From: Octopus vulgaris
Taxonomy: Eukaryota
Assembly (NCBI GenBank): GCA_951406725.2
Contig: OX597837.1
Coordinates: 5,084,001 to 5,148,000, forward strand
Length of the DNA: 64,000 bases
Reading direction: 5' to 3'
Positions 41,562-54,223 of the stretch are shown one piece after another. Made by a program: the position numbers and the translations under genes. The first letter of the stretch is position 1. Each line of letters begins with the position of its first letter. The notes below the pieces were generated by a model, which saw nothing but the letters and a program-made list of their open reading frames with translations, was not told the origin of the DNA and did not search any database.

Positions 41562-41887
41562 TTATGAAGACTTTAGCAAAACAACTTTATTTGGAACAAA
41601 TTAACATGCAATGTTGATGGAGCATTTTAATTTAGATCACTTTAATTCTTGTTTTATTTTGAGATGCTCTGTGTTTCTTTCAGTTACTTTAAATATTACA
41701 AAGAATTTAGTAAAATAACTCAGTTATCATTAAGGTGGTGTTAGGAACATAAATTGTGACTTAGGTTTAGTGGAAGATTGTAATTCAAAACTTATGAAAA
41801 CAAGACACTTGTACTCAGAGCCAGAGCCAGCTTCAGCCAGGTTGGTATCAAAAGGGTTAAGAATTGTTTCTCTATTATATATCTTAA

Positions 41888-42109
41888 CCCTTTTGTAACC
41901 ATATTTCTGCTGAGATGCTCTGTGTTTCTTTCAATTAAGTTTAAATATAACAAATAATTTAGTAAAATAACTTAGTTATCATTAAGCTAGAGTTAGGAAC
42001 ATAAATTGTGACTATGGTTTGGTGGAAGATTGTAATTCAAAACTTATGAAATCAAGACATTTGTACTACAGAGCTAGAGGTGGTTTCAGCTGGGTTGGTA
42101 TCAAAAGGG
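41888..42109 (+). mobile_element. piggyBac-like MITE, second family (adjacent partial copy at ~41655-41860)
   Basis: TTAA|CCCTTTTGTAACCA ... TGGTATCAAAAGGG|TTAA. Confidence 0.8.
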
Positions 42110-42776
42110 TTAAGACAAAGTTTGTAACACAATCTCAGGTTTGTTTCAGAATACACAAACTGACAGAATCTTACAATATCTAATCCTTTTATTACTAGAA
42201 AAACAAATTTATTTGGAACGTAAATTAACACGAAATTGTGATGCAAGGTTTTAATGTAGACCATTTTAAAACAGGAAGCTTATATTACATAACTGGGAAT
42301 GGTCACAGACGGATCTTACCAAAAGTGTTAATGATGCAAAAATTAGTAATTTCACTAAAAATCTCTCACCCATCCCAGACTCTTGATTATTTAATGAAAT
42401 TAACGGCATCACAGAAGGAGATGGCTTTCAAAACAGGGTAAATAGAAAAAGGATTAAAAAAAAGGATTAAATTATCCTTTTACTACCAAACATAATTTTC
42501 TGTAAGAATCTAAAAAAAAGTTTTCATTAAGTTATATTTCAAACAGCAGTTTAATAAATGGCAAAGAAAATTTACTAAAAAAGCAAAAAAGGGAAAAAAT
42601 TCCTTGAAATTCTGAGTTATTTTCGAAAATTGATCAAAACATATGGACAACAATATGTTTCTTAAGAAATCAAGGAAACGGAAGAAATGGTTAAAGAATA
42701 CAACAAAAACTTCCTCCGATAACAAAGTCTCCCCCACCATTGGCATTATGTTCCTTCACACCTCCTTCTTCGCCTA

Positions 42777-42815
<39 letters not shown>

Positions 42816-42828
42816 GTCATCATCATCG

Positions 42829-42860
<32 letters not shown>

Positions 42861-43190
42861 GTCGTCGTCGTCGTCATCATTGTCGTCATCATCATCAATA
42901 AAGCGCCTCTCTCTCGATTCCACAAATGACCATATGTTCAGATGAAGTAAGGACTTCTTTAGAAAGTAGGGACTTCTCCATAAAGGGTTCACTTTGTGTT
43001 TTGCTTGCAAGATTTTTGCTGACTCAACAGATTTGGACATATGGTGAGGAAAAGATACACATTCGCATGTAAACATACACAAGCACATATATATACCCAC
43101 ATATATACACATATATACACACATATATATATATATATATATATATGTACATATATATATGTATATATATGTGTATATATATATATATAA

Positions 43191-43222
<32 letters not shown>

Positions 43223-43376
43223 CTGGGCCTGATGAAGCCTTCTGGCTTCACAGACCCCAGTAGAACCGTCCAACCCATGCTAGCATGGAAAACGGACGCT
43301 AAACGATGATGATGATGATGATGATGATATATATACGTTTATATATTTGTTGTGCAAATACACATATTCACACACT

Positions 43377-43426
<50 letters not shown>

Positions 43427-43587
43427 TACATATATTATACACATACTTATGCCACCAGCGGCCTAGTAGGAAAAAATTAAATAGTCATAAACCATTTTTA
43501 CGTTCAACATCACAATCAAGGAACGGCCATAATAGGCCATTCACCCACTAGAAATAACAGCCAAAAGCTTTAACCCAAAATAACATT

Positions 43588-43663
43588 AATACCGTAAACC
43601 AGGAGAAAATTGAAAAACTTTTACCCTGTAAAAGTTTTTCAATTTTCTCTGGTTTACGGTATT
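43588..43663. repeat. Near-perfect 76 nt hairpin, Tc1/mariner-type TACCGTA...TACGGTA mini-MITE
   Basis: AATACCGTAAACCAGGAGAAAATTGAAAAACTTTTAC-CCT-GTAAAAGTTTTTCAATTTTCTCTGGTTTACGGTATT, with one bulge. Confidence 0.8.
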
Positions 43664-43724
43664 ATTTTCTTGATTAAACTTTTGGCTGTTATTTCTATAG
43701 TGAATGTATATGCGTTCCATGATT

Positions 43725-43764
<40 letters not shown>

Positions 43765-43856
43765 TACATATATTATACACATACATATGCACACACACAC
43801 ATACATGAGGGTATATACTTATACACATGTACATAACTGCAAATAAGTACACATAC

Positions 43857-43901
<45 letters not shown>

Positions 43902-44019
43902 TATATTTGAGACCACATATATATATATATATACACGCACATATATATATATATATGAAAACAAAGTCTAGAGAGATGAGAGGGGAATATGGATTTATTG
44001 AATCACAAGACTTCCTTAG

Positions 44020-44158
44020 GATTATGGCTGTTTCATGACCTTCACGTAGCATTAACTTCACTATACAAGAAATTATGCATACGTTGGCATTAATATGTGA
44101 GACCAGCATTACACAATACAATGGCAAATTAGTGCAAAGGAAGCCAGCTCATCGGATC
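44020..44158 (-). ncRNA. Degenerate type I hammerhead with very long helix II insertion
   Basis: Minus strand: GAU-CCGAUGA-GCUGGCUUC...GAAGGUCAU-GAAAC-AGCC-AUA-AUC. AAUAAA lies ~20 nt downstream. Two core deviations. Confidence 0.45.
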
Positions 44159-44251
44159 ACCAAAACATCCTGGTGACAAATACATATATATATCATATTA
44201 CCACACAGCCGCGCCTATTTATATCTATGTATCTCTCTCTCTCTCTATGCA

Positions 44252-44290
<39 letters not shown>

Positions 44291-44530
44291 ATATATATAT
44301 ACATATATGTATATATATGTATGTATGTATACAGGCGAGCTGGCAGAGACGTTAGCACGTCGGGCAAAATGCTTAGCGTTATTTCATCTGCCGCTACGTT
44401 CTGAGTTCAAATTCCGGCGAGGTCAACTTTGCCTTTCATCATTTCAGTGTTGATAAATTAAGTACCAGTTGCATACTGGAGTTGATCTAATCGTCTGGTC
44501 CCCTCCCCAAAAAGTTCAGGCCTTGTGCCT

Positions 44531-44920
44531 AGGAGTGGCTATATAGTAAGTAGCTTGCTAAACAACCACATGGTTCAGGGTTTAGTCCCACTGCGTGGCA
44601 TCTTGGGCAAGTGTCTTCTGCTATAGCCCCGGGCCGACCAATGCCTTGTGAGTGGATTTGGTAGACAGAAACTGAAAGAAGCCTGTCGTATATATATATG
44701 TATGTATATATATATATGTGTGTATGTGTTTGTCCCCCTAGCATTGCTTGACAACCGATGCTGGTGTGTTTATGTCCCCGTCACTTAGTGGTTCGGCAAA
44801 AGAGACCGATAGAATAAGTACTGAGCTTACAAAGAATAAGTCCCGGGGTCGATTTGCTAAAGGCGTTGCTCCAGCATGGCCGCAGTCAAAATGACTGAAA
44901 CAAGTAAAATAGTAAAAGAG
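44531..44920 (+). mobile_element. CORE-type SINE
   Basis: Family match. It abuts a MetaSINE copy. Confidence 0.8.
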
Positions 44921-44990
<70 letters not shown>

Positions 44991-45534
44991 TGTGTGTGTG
45001 TATATATATATGTATGTATACAGACGAGCTGGCAGAAACGTTAGCACGCTGGGCGAAATGCTTAGCGGTATTTCGTCTGCCGTTACATTCTGAGTTCAAA
45101 TTCCACCGAGGTCGATTTTTGCTTTTCATCTTTTTGGTGTTGACAAATTAAGTACCAGTTGCATACTGTGGTTGATCTAATCATCTGGTCCCCTGCCCCC
45201 AAATTAACCACAGCAGAATTTGACCTTGGAACGCAAAGCGCCGAAGCAAATGCCACAAGGCACCCATGAGGCACATTTTTGTTTTTTCCCAATGCTCTCT
45301 AATGACACTGCCAGCTTACCATGTTTTAATAAATAGTAATAATAGAATTAATTAAGTAGTAATTAAGTCAAGGAGTTAGATTAAAATACCAGTCCCTCAG
45401 GAGGTATGTATTAAATATAGAGACAAAAACGGGACAACATTAGCATCAGATCTCTTTATTCTCTTTAATTCTTATGATATATATATATATATGTATAGAT
45501 ATATATAGATATATATAAATGTGCAAGCACTTTC

Positions 45535-45591
<57 letters not shown>

Positions 45592-45619
45592 TATACATAC
45601 ATATACATATATACACATA

Positions 45620-46835
45620 CATCAGCAAGAGGTACTCAACACACATCCCCTCGGGTAGGTGGCCCTGCTCAACCTGTAGGAAAGGTACAGGTAGAAACTC
45701 CATAAGATGCACCCAATGTAAGTTATGGACACATAAGAGGTGCAGCAACATTAAAGGGAAATTAACAGATAAGATAGCTTTCATGTGCGGCAGATGCACA
45801 GGGACAATAGACACAACAGACACTCAGAAAACAGATTCCATCACACTCCAGGAAGAGAAACTAGAAGTAGTTGATAGTTTCCGCTACCTGGGAGACCAAG
45901 TTAGTAGCGGAGGTGGATGCACAGAGAGTATCACCACTAGAATACGAATAGCCTGGGCAAAGTTCAGAAAGCTCCTACCCCTACTGGCAACAAAAGGCCT
46001 CTCCCTCAGAGCAAAAGGTAGATTGTATGATGCATGTGTGCGAACTGCCATGCTTCACGGTAATGAAACATGGGCTGTGACTGCAGAAGACATGCGTAGA
46101 CTTGAAAGAAATGAAGCTAGCATGATCCGCTGGATGTGTAGTGTCAGTGTGCACGCAAAACAGAGTGTAAGTATCCTGAGAGAAATGCTGGATATAAGAA
46201 GCATCAGATGTGGTGTGCAAGAGCGACGCTTGCGATGGTATGGTCATGTGCTGCGGATGGATGAAGAGAGATGTGTGAAGAAGTGCCACTCCCAAACAGT
46301 TGAAGGTATCAGGGGGAGAGGTAGACCCAGGAAGACATGGGATGAGGTGGTCAAGCATGACCTCAGAGCATTGGGCCTCACTGAGGCAATGGCGAAGGAC
46401 CGAGATCTCTGGAGATATGCTGTGACTACAAAGACCCGGGCTGCTTTCTGCAGCAATTCCACATACCCCCTACCCATTCTAAGTACCCCGGATCCCCAAA
46501 GTACCCCGGATCCCCAAAGTACCCTGGATCCCCAAAATACCCCGATCCCCAAAGTACCCCGGACCTCGTTGCCCCCGTGCCGCTGACACGTTAAAATGCT
46601 CGAACCGATCGTGACGATGCCGGACCCTCCGGCCCCTGTGCAGGTGGCACGTAAAAAGCACCCAATCCACTCACGGAGTGGTTGGCGTTAGGAAGGGCAT
46701 CCAGCCGTAGAAACTCTGCCAGATTCAGACTGGAGCCTGGAGCGGCCCCTGGCTTCCCAGACCCGGTCAAAACCGTCCAACCCGTGCTAGCGCGGAAAGC
46801 GGACGTTAAACGATGATGATGATGATGATGATGAT
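45620..46835 (+). mobile_element. 5'-truncated RTE-clade LINE: PHD-like finger, RT C-terminal region and 3' UTR with (GAT)n tail
   Basis: Open frame with WPCSTCRKG..NSIRCTQCKLWTHKRCS..CGRC, then LEVVDSFRYLG, RIRIAWAKF, RLRWYGHVLRM and RGRGRPRKTW. Ends GGACGTTAAAC(GAT)n. Confidence 0.92.
46481..46563 (+). repeat. 18 bp minisatellite (AAGTACCCCGGATCCCCA, ~4.6 units) inside the RTE 3' region
   Basis: Units start at 46481, 46499, 46517, 46535 and 46552. Confidence 0.9.
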
Positions 46836-46881
46836 ATATATATATATACATATACATATATATATACATATATACATATAC

Positions 46882-46958
<77 letters not shown>

Positions 46959-46959
46959 C

Positions 46960-47016
<57 letters not shown>

Positions 47017-47188
47017 TATATCATCATCATCATCATCATCATCGTTTAGCGTCTGCTTTCCATGCTAGCATGGGTTGGACAGGTCAACTGGGGTCTGTGA
47101 AGCTGGAAGGCTTCGTCAGGCCCAGTCAGATCTGGCAGTGTTTCTACGGCTGGATGCCCTTCCTAACGCCAACCACTCCGCGAGTGAC

Positions 47189-47221
<33 letters not shown>

Positions 47222-47430
47222 TATCATATATATATATATCATATATATATATACACACAACTGAAAGTGCTTGCACATTTATAAAAGCCAAGCCTATACA
47301 CATTTTGTGAAATCTTTTCCCAAAGGTTAGTGTCTTTCAGCTTTCTAAAAATGTTCTTCTCTCAATCTTAACTCTTTGAGAAATAATCTTCTCTTGAAAT
47401 ATTATAACTGCATCCAGGATTTTCGAAAAC

Positions 47431-47490
<60 letters not shown>

Positions 47491-47500
47491 CATATATATA

Positions 47501-47544
<44 letters not shown>

Positions 47545-47647
47545 GGAGTAAGCACATAAATGTGAAACAAGGTGGAAGAAAAGAGTACTCAAATACCAGA
47601 GGTAGAGTAATACGCTTTATTTAAAAGCAGCAGAAATATCACAAAAA

Positions 47648-47685
47648 CTGTTACTCAGAGTTTCATGTTCCCATTCGTCAGACAA
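47648..47685 (-). ncRNA. Type I hammerhead ribozyme in a PLE-like inverted duplication (47543-47743)
   Basis: Minus strand: UUGU-CUGACGA-AUG(GGAA)CAU-GAAACU-CUG-AGUA^ACAG. Arm 47622-47678 is inverted at 47687-47743. AAUAAA lies ~28 nt downstream. Confidence 0.78.
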
Positions 47686-48729
47686 GATGAACAGGAATGT
47701 GAAACTCTGAGTAACAGTTTTTGTGATATTTCTACTGCTTTTAGATATATATATATAGGTGTAAGCGTGGCTGTGTGGTAAGAAGCTTGCTTCCCAATCA
47801 CATGGTTCCAATTTTGTTGATGGAAACTGAACGAAGCTTGTTGTATATATATATATTTATATAAATTCATTTATAGATATATATAAACAGTGATGGCACA
47901 TGGCTTAGAGGTTATGGCATTGGACTCATGATCGTAAGATTGTGGTTTCAATTCCTGGACCAGGCAACGCATATGTTCTTGAGCAAAACACTTCATTTCA
48001 CATTGCCTCAGTCCACTCAGCTGCCAAAAATGAGTAATTCTATGACGGACCAGAGTCCCGTCCAGGAGGGGGAATATATATGCCAGGGAATCAGGAAATC
48101 GGCCCTTATGAATCAGTGTGACCCGTGAAGGTAGCTTTACCATAACCTCTTATATACATATAAATAGTCATAGGTAGAGGTATAGCTGTGTGGTAAGAAA
48201 TCTGCTTACCAACCACATCATTCCAGGTTCAGTCCTACTGCATGAAATCTGTGTCTTCTAGTCTAACCTCAGGCTGACCAAAACCTTGTCAGTGGATTTG
48301 GTAGATGAAAACTGAAAGAAGTCTGTTGTATATATGTGTATCTATTCATATATATCTATGTGTGTGTGTGTCTTTGTGTCTGTGTTTGTCCTCCCCTCTA
48401 CTGCTTGGGAACTGGTGTTGGTGTGTTTATGTCCCCTTAACTTAGTGGTTCAGCAAAAGAGACCGATAGTACCAAGTTTCGAGAAAAAAAAAATAAAAGG
48501 ATTGAGGTCAATTCGTTGAATTAAAAATTCATCAATACAGTACTCCAGCATGGCCACAGTCTAATAACTGAAACATAAAAAGTATAAAAGGTAGTCATAT
48601 ATATATATATATATATATGCATATATATCTATTTATATAAATATATATATATGTGTATATAAATATAAATATAGGTATGTGCATATAAATATATATATGT
48701 ATGTGTATATATATATATATATGTATGTA

Positions 48730-48771
<42 letters not shown>

Positions 48772-49485
48772 CGTCATCATCAGTTAATGTCTGTTTTCCA
48801 TGCTAGCATGGGTTGGAATGAAATATCACATATTATATATATATACACATATATATGTAGTTTTCATATGGTTTGTGTATGCTCCGTTTCATATTTCACT
48901 ATTTAACCAGATTTAATGTGTTATTGACACTTGAGAGAGAGAGAGAGAGGGAGAAAGAGAGACTGAGAGAGGAAGGAAAAATCATAGAGATGTACCTAAG
49001 GTACTATTCCCATTGCATACATATCTACCCCCATATATACATATACATTATATATACATATATATGTATATATATACACACACATATATATGCATACATA
49101 CATCCATAATAAATATATGTGCGAGTGTGTGTGTGTGTGTGTGTGTATAAAACCTAACACTTGTTTATTATTGAAAGGTACCCCCAGCTAGGTATCATAG
49201 TTTAATATTGTCTTTCCAAATGATGCTGTGCCTGTTAGCTTGTATAGATGGGAGAAGATGAAGAAGTGATAGCATTTCCTAAATTCCAAGACAAGCCGTC
49301 TTGTAATGTTCAATTGAGAAGGGAGGACTGTGGAGTGGGGGGTGGGGTGGGGTCATGTTACATGCGGGGGTGTGGTGTGGTGGGTGTGGGGGGTGAGTGG
49401 AACTTGGGAGTGAATCTGGGATTGTAAATGTGACACAACAACCAGTCATTGCTAAATACTACTAACACCACCACTGTTGCGAGCA

Positions 49486-49755
49486 CCTGTTGAAGAAAAC
49501 TTCGTTTAGTAAATTATTTTATTTGCTAAAATAAGTCAGAAACCATGGTAAATGTTTTTACTTTTCCTTCCCTTCGAGAATTTATCCCTAATTAGTGGTT
49601 TGGACTTTAGCTGTTCTTTCCTATGATGGAAACCTCTTAATGTGTTTAAATTTACACTGTATTTTATATGAATAATATATAGTCTATTGACTAATTTTTC
49701 TATACGCTAGGGCACTGGTAGTAAAATTTTCTAAAATCTTTATTACCCTGATATT
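49486..49755 (+). mobile_element. PLE-like fragment, sister of 9833-10232, with HHR damaged by a 16 nt deletion
   Basis: CCUG-UUGAAGA-AAACUU...AAGUC-A-GAAAC-CAUG-GUA. The helix I 3' strand was lost between ATGGT direct repeats. Confidence 0.7.
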
Positions 49756-49844
49756 ATTTATTATATATATACATGTACATATATACACACATATATATAT
49801 ATATACATATTCATATATTTTTAAATATATACATATTTATATAC

Positions 49845-49877
<33 letters not shown>

Positions 49878-50047
49878 AGCATATACATATATCCATATGC
49901 ATACATACATATCCATACATACATATATGTACATGTATGTAGCTACTACACGCATTTTTTCTCTCCTTGTTTTTTTCTCTCCTTGTTTTTTCTCTCTTTT
50001 TTTCTCCTTTTTCTCTCCTTTTTTCTCTCCTTGTTTTTTTCCGTGTA

Positions 50048-50085
50048 TCTTTCTGTGGAAGAGCGTAGGCTCGAAACGTAAAAGA
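50048..50085 (+). ncRNA. Minimal type I hammerhead motif (variant core CUGUGGA)
   Basis: UCUUU-CUGUGGA-A-GAGC(GUAG)GCUC-GAAA-CG-UA^AAAGA. Confidence 0.6.
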
Positions 50086-50173
50086 CTTTTTCTATTCCTG
50101 AGGGCTATACTAATACATTTGTTTGTTTGTACACCACCTGCCTTCGTCTTTTGTTTATTTTTGTAAACTTTCC

Positions 50174-50220
<47 letters not shown>

Positions 50221-50608
50221 GAGCCGGTGTTGTTTCTCAACACGTGGTATGAAACGAATTAGTAATTTCCCTCTATCAGATTGTGTTATAAAATAAATAT
50301 ATATGTATGTGTCTGTGCAAGTATATTATATATGTTTATATATATATATGTATATATATGATATATGATATATGATATGTGTGTGTGTGTGTGTGTGTGC
50401 ATCCATAAATCTGTAATACCATGTAACAGCTTTCTCATTTAATACTTAACACACGGATATTCTCTGTCTGTTTATTGTTATTTTTATTATTTATTTCTTT
50501 AATTTTTTAAAAAATACTTTTCTTTTTTAAAGTTTGTTAACCATTACGTGTTAAATAATGCCGGAAGCCTCATGCAGGGTTGCACCTAGTACATAACAAC
50601 AACAACAA

Positions 50609-50646
<38 letters not shown>

Positions 50647-50659
50647 ATAATAATAATAA

Positions 50660-50985
50660 TCAACAAGATACTGCAATAGCCTGGGCTTCAGAGGTCCACA
50701 GCTCTTCAGTATCCTCGCGAAGGACATGAGAGACCTACATGGGGTGGATGTAGGTGTCTTCAAAATAAAGCTGGACCTCTTCCCGTCAGGTGTCCCAGAT
50801 GAACCAACTTTGCGGCAGGAGGTGCAGATGAGGGCAGCTGCATTAAACTCTCTCACGCACCAAATGTGAATTGCTAAAAAGCATTCGTGAAGTAAAATCA
50901 TGCAGCAACACCAAATGGCGGTGCCCCAGCATGGCCACAGCTCATGAGCTGAAACTAGATGAAATAAAAAAATAAATAAAAAATA
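50660..50985 (+). mobile_element. 5'-truncated CR1-like LINE 3' end
   Basis: TRYCNSLGFRGPQLFSILAKDMRDLHGVDVGVFKIKLDLFPSGVPDEPTLRQEVQMRAAALNSLTHQM*, then tail GGCGGTGCCCCAGCATGGCCACAGCTCATGAGCTGAAACTAGA and an A-rich repeat. Confidence 0.8.
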
Positions 50986-51382
50986 ATCATCATTTAATGT
51001 CCGTTTTCCATGCTGGTATGGGTTGGATGGCTTGACAAGAACTGGTAAGGCTAGGGGTAAGTCCAGGTCCCATAGTCTCCTTTGGTTTGGTTTCTATGGC
51101 CAGATGCCCTTCCTAATGCCAACCACATTACAGTGTGTACAGGGTGCTTTTTATGTGACACCATCACAGGTGGTTTTTATGTGGCACCAGCATCCAAACC
51201 AATGCCTCTTATGTGGCACCTGGGTTTTAGGATCTCAATTCTGTTGTAGTGGATGGAGCTTCAAAAGTAGGGCAATGTGCCACATATCTCGGTCCTCTGT
51301 AATCTCTTTCCTGTGGTTCAGTGTTTTCCGATTGGCCTTAGAAACTGCATTCCATGTCTTCCTGGGCCTCCCTCTTCCACGT
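50986..51382 (-). mobile_element. Older RTE LINE 3' fragment
   Basis: Minus strand RGRGRPRKTWNAVSKANRKTL...EDRDMW, followed by the GGAAGGGCATC...GGAAAACGGACATTAAA tail. Confidence 0.8.
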
Positions 51383-51419
51383 TATAATAACAATAACAAT
51401 AATAATAATGATGATGATG

Positions 51420-51483
<64 letters not shown>

Positions 51484-51703
51484 TAATAATGGATTCAAGT
51501 TTTGCCACAAGGGTAGCAATTTTGGGGGAAGGGATGAGTCAATTACATTGAACCCCAGTGTTCAACTGGTACTTAATTTATCAACTCAGAAAGGATGAAA
51601 AGAAAACCGACCTTAGGGGAGTTTGAACTCAGAATGTAAAGACAAATGAAATACTGCTAAGCATTTCACCCAGCATGTTAATGATTCTGCCACCTTCCCG
51701 CCA

Positions 51704-51755
<52 letters not shown>

Positions 51756-51796
51756 GTAATGATAATAATAAATAGTAATTTAAAATAGTAAGAGCC

Positions 51797-52345
51797 AATG
51801 GAGGCTCTAATATGTGCTGCCCAAGAGTAAGCACTAAGGACAAACTACATAAAATACAGAATAGACATCACATCAGAAAGTGGACAAAATGGTGAAACCG
51901 TATGGTATATTACCAACCAATGTATGCCCCTAGCCCAGAAGGAATATGAGATGCCACGACAATATAGCAAGGCTTGTCCATTGGACACTTTGCAACAAGT
52001 ATGGACTTGACAGAGCAAAAAATTGGTATGATCACAAACCCGAAAGCATCATTGAAAATAATAATCTTGTGGGATTTTAGGATTCAGTGCGACCATGAGA
52101 TAGAGAATAGGAAGCCAGACATAGTCTTAATTGAGAAAGAAAACAAACTATGCTGGATCATAGATGTAGCATGCCCAGCTGACAACAAGGTATGCGATAT
52201 GGAAGAAAGGAAAGTTGAGAGATATGACAGGTTAGCTTGGGAAGTTAAGCAGTTGTGGTCGATGGAAAAGGTGGTAGTAGTACCAATAATTGTTGGAGCC
52301 CCGGGAACAGTGAGCAAAAATCTTGAGAAGTATGTGGAACAAATA
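51797..52345 (+). pseudogene. R4/Dong-clade non-LTR retrotransposon fragment (zinc-knuckle remnant and restriction-like endonuclease)
   Basis: EALICAAQE*ALRTNYIK..GETVWYITNQC..LAQKEY/ CHDNIARLVHW..NWYDHKP / ILWDFRIQCDHEIENRKPDIVLIEK..CWIIDVACP..KVERYDRL..VPIIVGAPG, with RHD-like and PD-(D/E)xK motifs. Contains frameshifts. Preceded by (TAA)n. Confidence 0.88.
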
Positions 52346-52962
52346 GTACAATACATCTGATAAAGCATGCATAACTTAGGAATACTCAGCCAGGCACAAT
52401 AAAGTAGATCAGGTGATCCAACACCTGGGATGTTATTTGTTGAATCTGATGAAGATTATGGTTTTGTTTTTACTTATCATCTTTTCATTTAGACATATCT
52501 ATACAGCCATACACATACACACACATACACACGCACACACACACACACCTAGGAATAAACCTATTCAGATGCACACATGTACACATAACTAAATGTGTAA
52601 GTATGCATGTATGTATGTAAATTCATATCTATCTCTATAGATACACACACCCACATACACGCACACACACATGTAGATATATGCATGTGTTTGTATGTTT
52701 GCGTATGAAAAAATATATACATGTGTTTGTATTTATATGAATATATATATAAATATATGTATGTATGTATGTATGTATATATATATATATATGCACTCAT
52801 ACATGTATACAAAACATACACCATACTCACACACATGTATAAAACCATGTGTGTGTGTATATAAATATATATATATACACACACACACATATATATATAC
52901 ATACACACACATATATGTATATATATATTGCTAGCATGGAAAGCGGACGTTAAATGATGATG

Positions 52963-53052
<90 letters not shown>

Positions 53053-53063
53053 GTATATATGTG

Positions 53064-53127
<64 letters not shown>

Positions 53128-53193
53128 TACATATATATATACATATACACATATATATATATATATAACTGTCTAGTATGTTTATATATATAC

Positions 53194-53232
<39 letters not shown>

Positions 53233-54179
53233 CATACATATTTATACACATACACTATTACACACACACGTGCACATATATACACACACACACATGCATG
53301 CATATGCTCACAGACATTCGTGCTATATACACGACAAGTCCATCTGGCTATCAGCTCCCAGAGACCTTAACAGATAAACCTCATCTGTGTGCAGAATCTG
53401 AGAAGTCTGTTTGTGCCAATTAATTCTTCGTTACATGTTAAAATTGGAAACGGTAAATCTGGGCTTTTGGATAATTGAGATTTATTGGTAGCAGGTGGGG
53501 TGTGTGTGGTTGGGATGCGGTTACGGGGTGGCTGTGGGTGGGTGGTGGTGGTGGTGGTGGTGGTAGCAGTGGGATGGAGATAGGGATAACGTGGTGGCAG
53601 ATGTGAGCGTCTCCTCCTCCCCTCGCTGAACCTCCTCATAGAGAATCTGGAGTGGGGATGGGGGTGAGGTTGGATAGGGAGAATTTTCTAATCGAGTCTT
53701 GAGGCATCTCTTCATTTTCTTCTATTTCATGTCCTCCTCACTCCCCTCCCCCTCCTCCTCTTTGTCTTTTCTCTCCTTCCTCCTCCTGTCTTTTTCCTTC
53801 TCCTCCTTCCTCAGTACTTCACTCTCCTTCCCTCCTATCCACCAACTCCTTCTCTCATCAACCTCCTTCCCCCTCTCCTTCCCCACCCCACAACACTCTT
53901 TCCCTCTCTCCCCTTACATTTCCCCCTTTTACTCTCCTCCTCCTTCCTCTCTTCTCATACTTCACCTCCTCCTCTACCTCTCCCTCACTTCCACTCCACT
54001 CCACTCTTCCAATCCTCTTCCGCCTAGTCTCTTTCTCTTCCTCTCCTTCCTCACCTCACATCTCTTCTTCACGTTCTCCCCTCCTTCTCTCTCCCCTGTT
54101 TTCACTTTCCCCTTATCCCTCCACCACTACCACCATCACCACCATTAAATTTGTAGCATTTATATACCTACTATATAAG

Positions 54180-54223
<44 letters not shown>

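Noticed and set aside
43225-43260. CTGATGA-AGCC-TTCT-GGCT hammerhead-like half (also at ~61846)
   Set aside because: No GAAA/UH after the stem. It is part of the RTE-tail repeat.
43622-43643. TACCCTGTA, matching the 5' end of miR-10
   Set aside because: The match is only 9 nt and spans the loop of a MITE hairpin, not an arm.
46481-46563. Regular 18 bp direct repeats
   Set aside because: Contiguous with no spacers. A minisatellite within a LINE.
53311-53423. TDKPHLCAESEKSV, resembling a C2H2 zinc-finger linker
   Set aside because: The second Cys and both His are absent, it is a single instance, and a stop follows.
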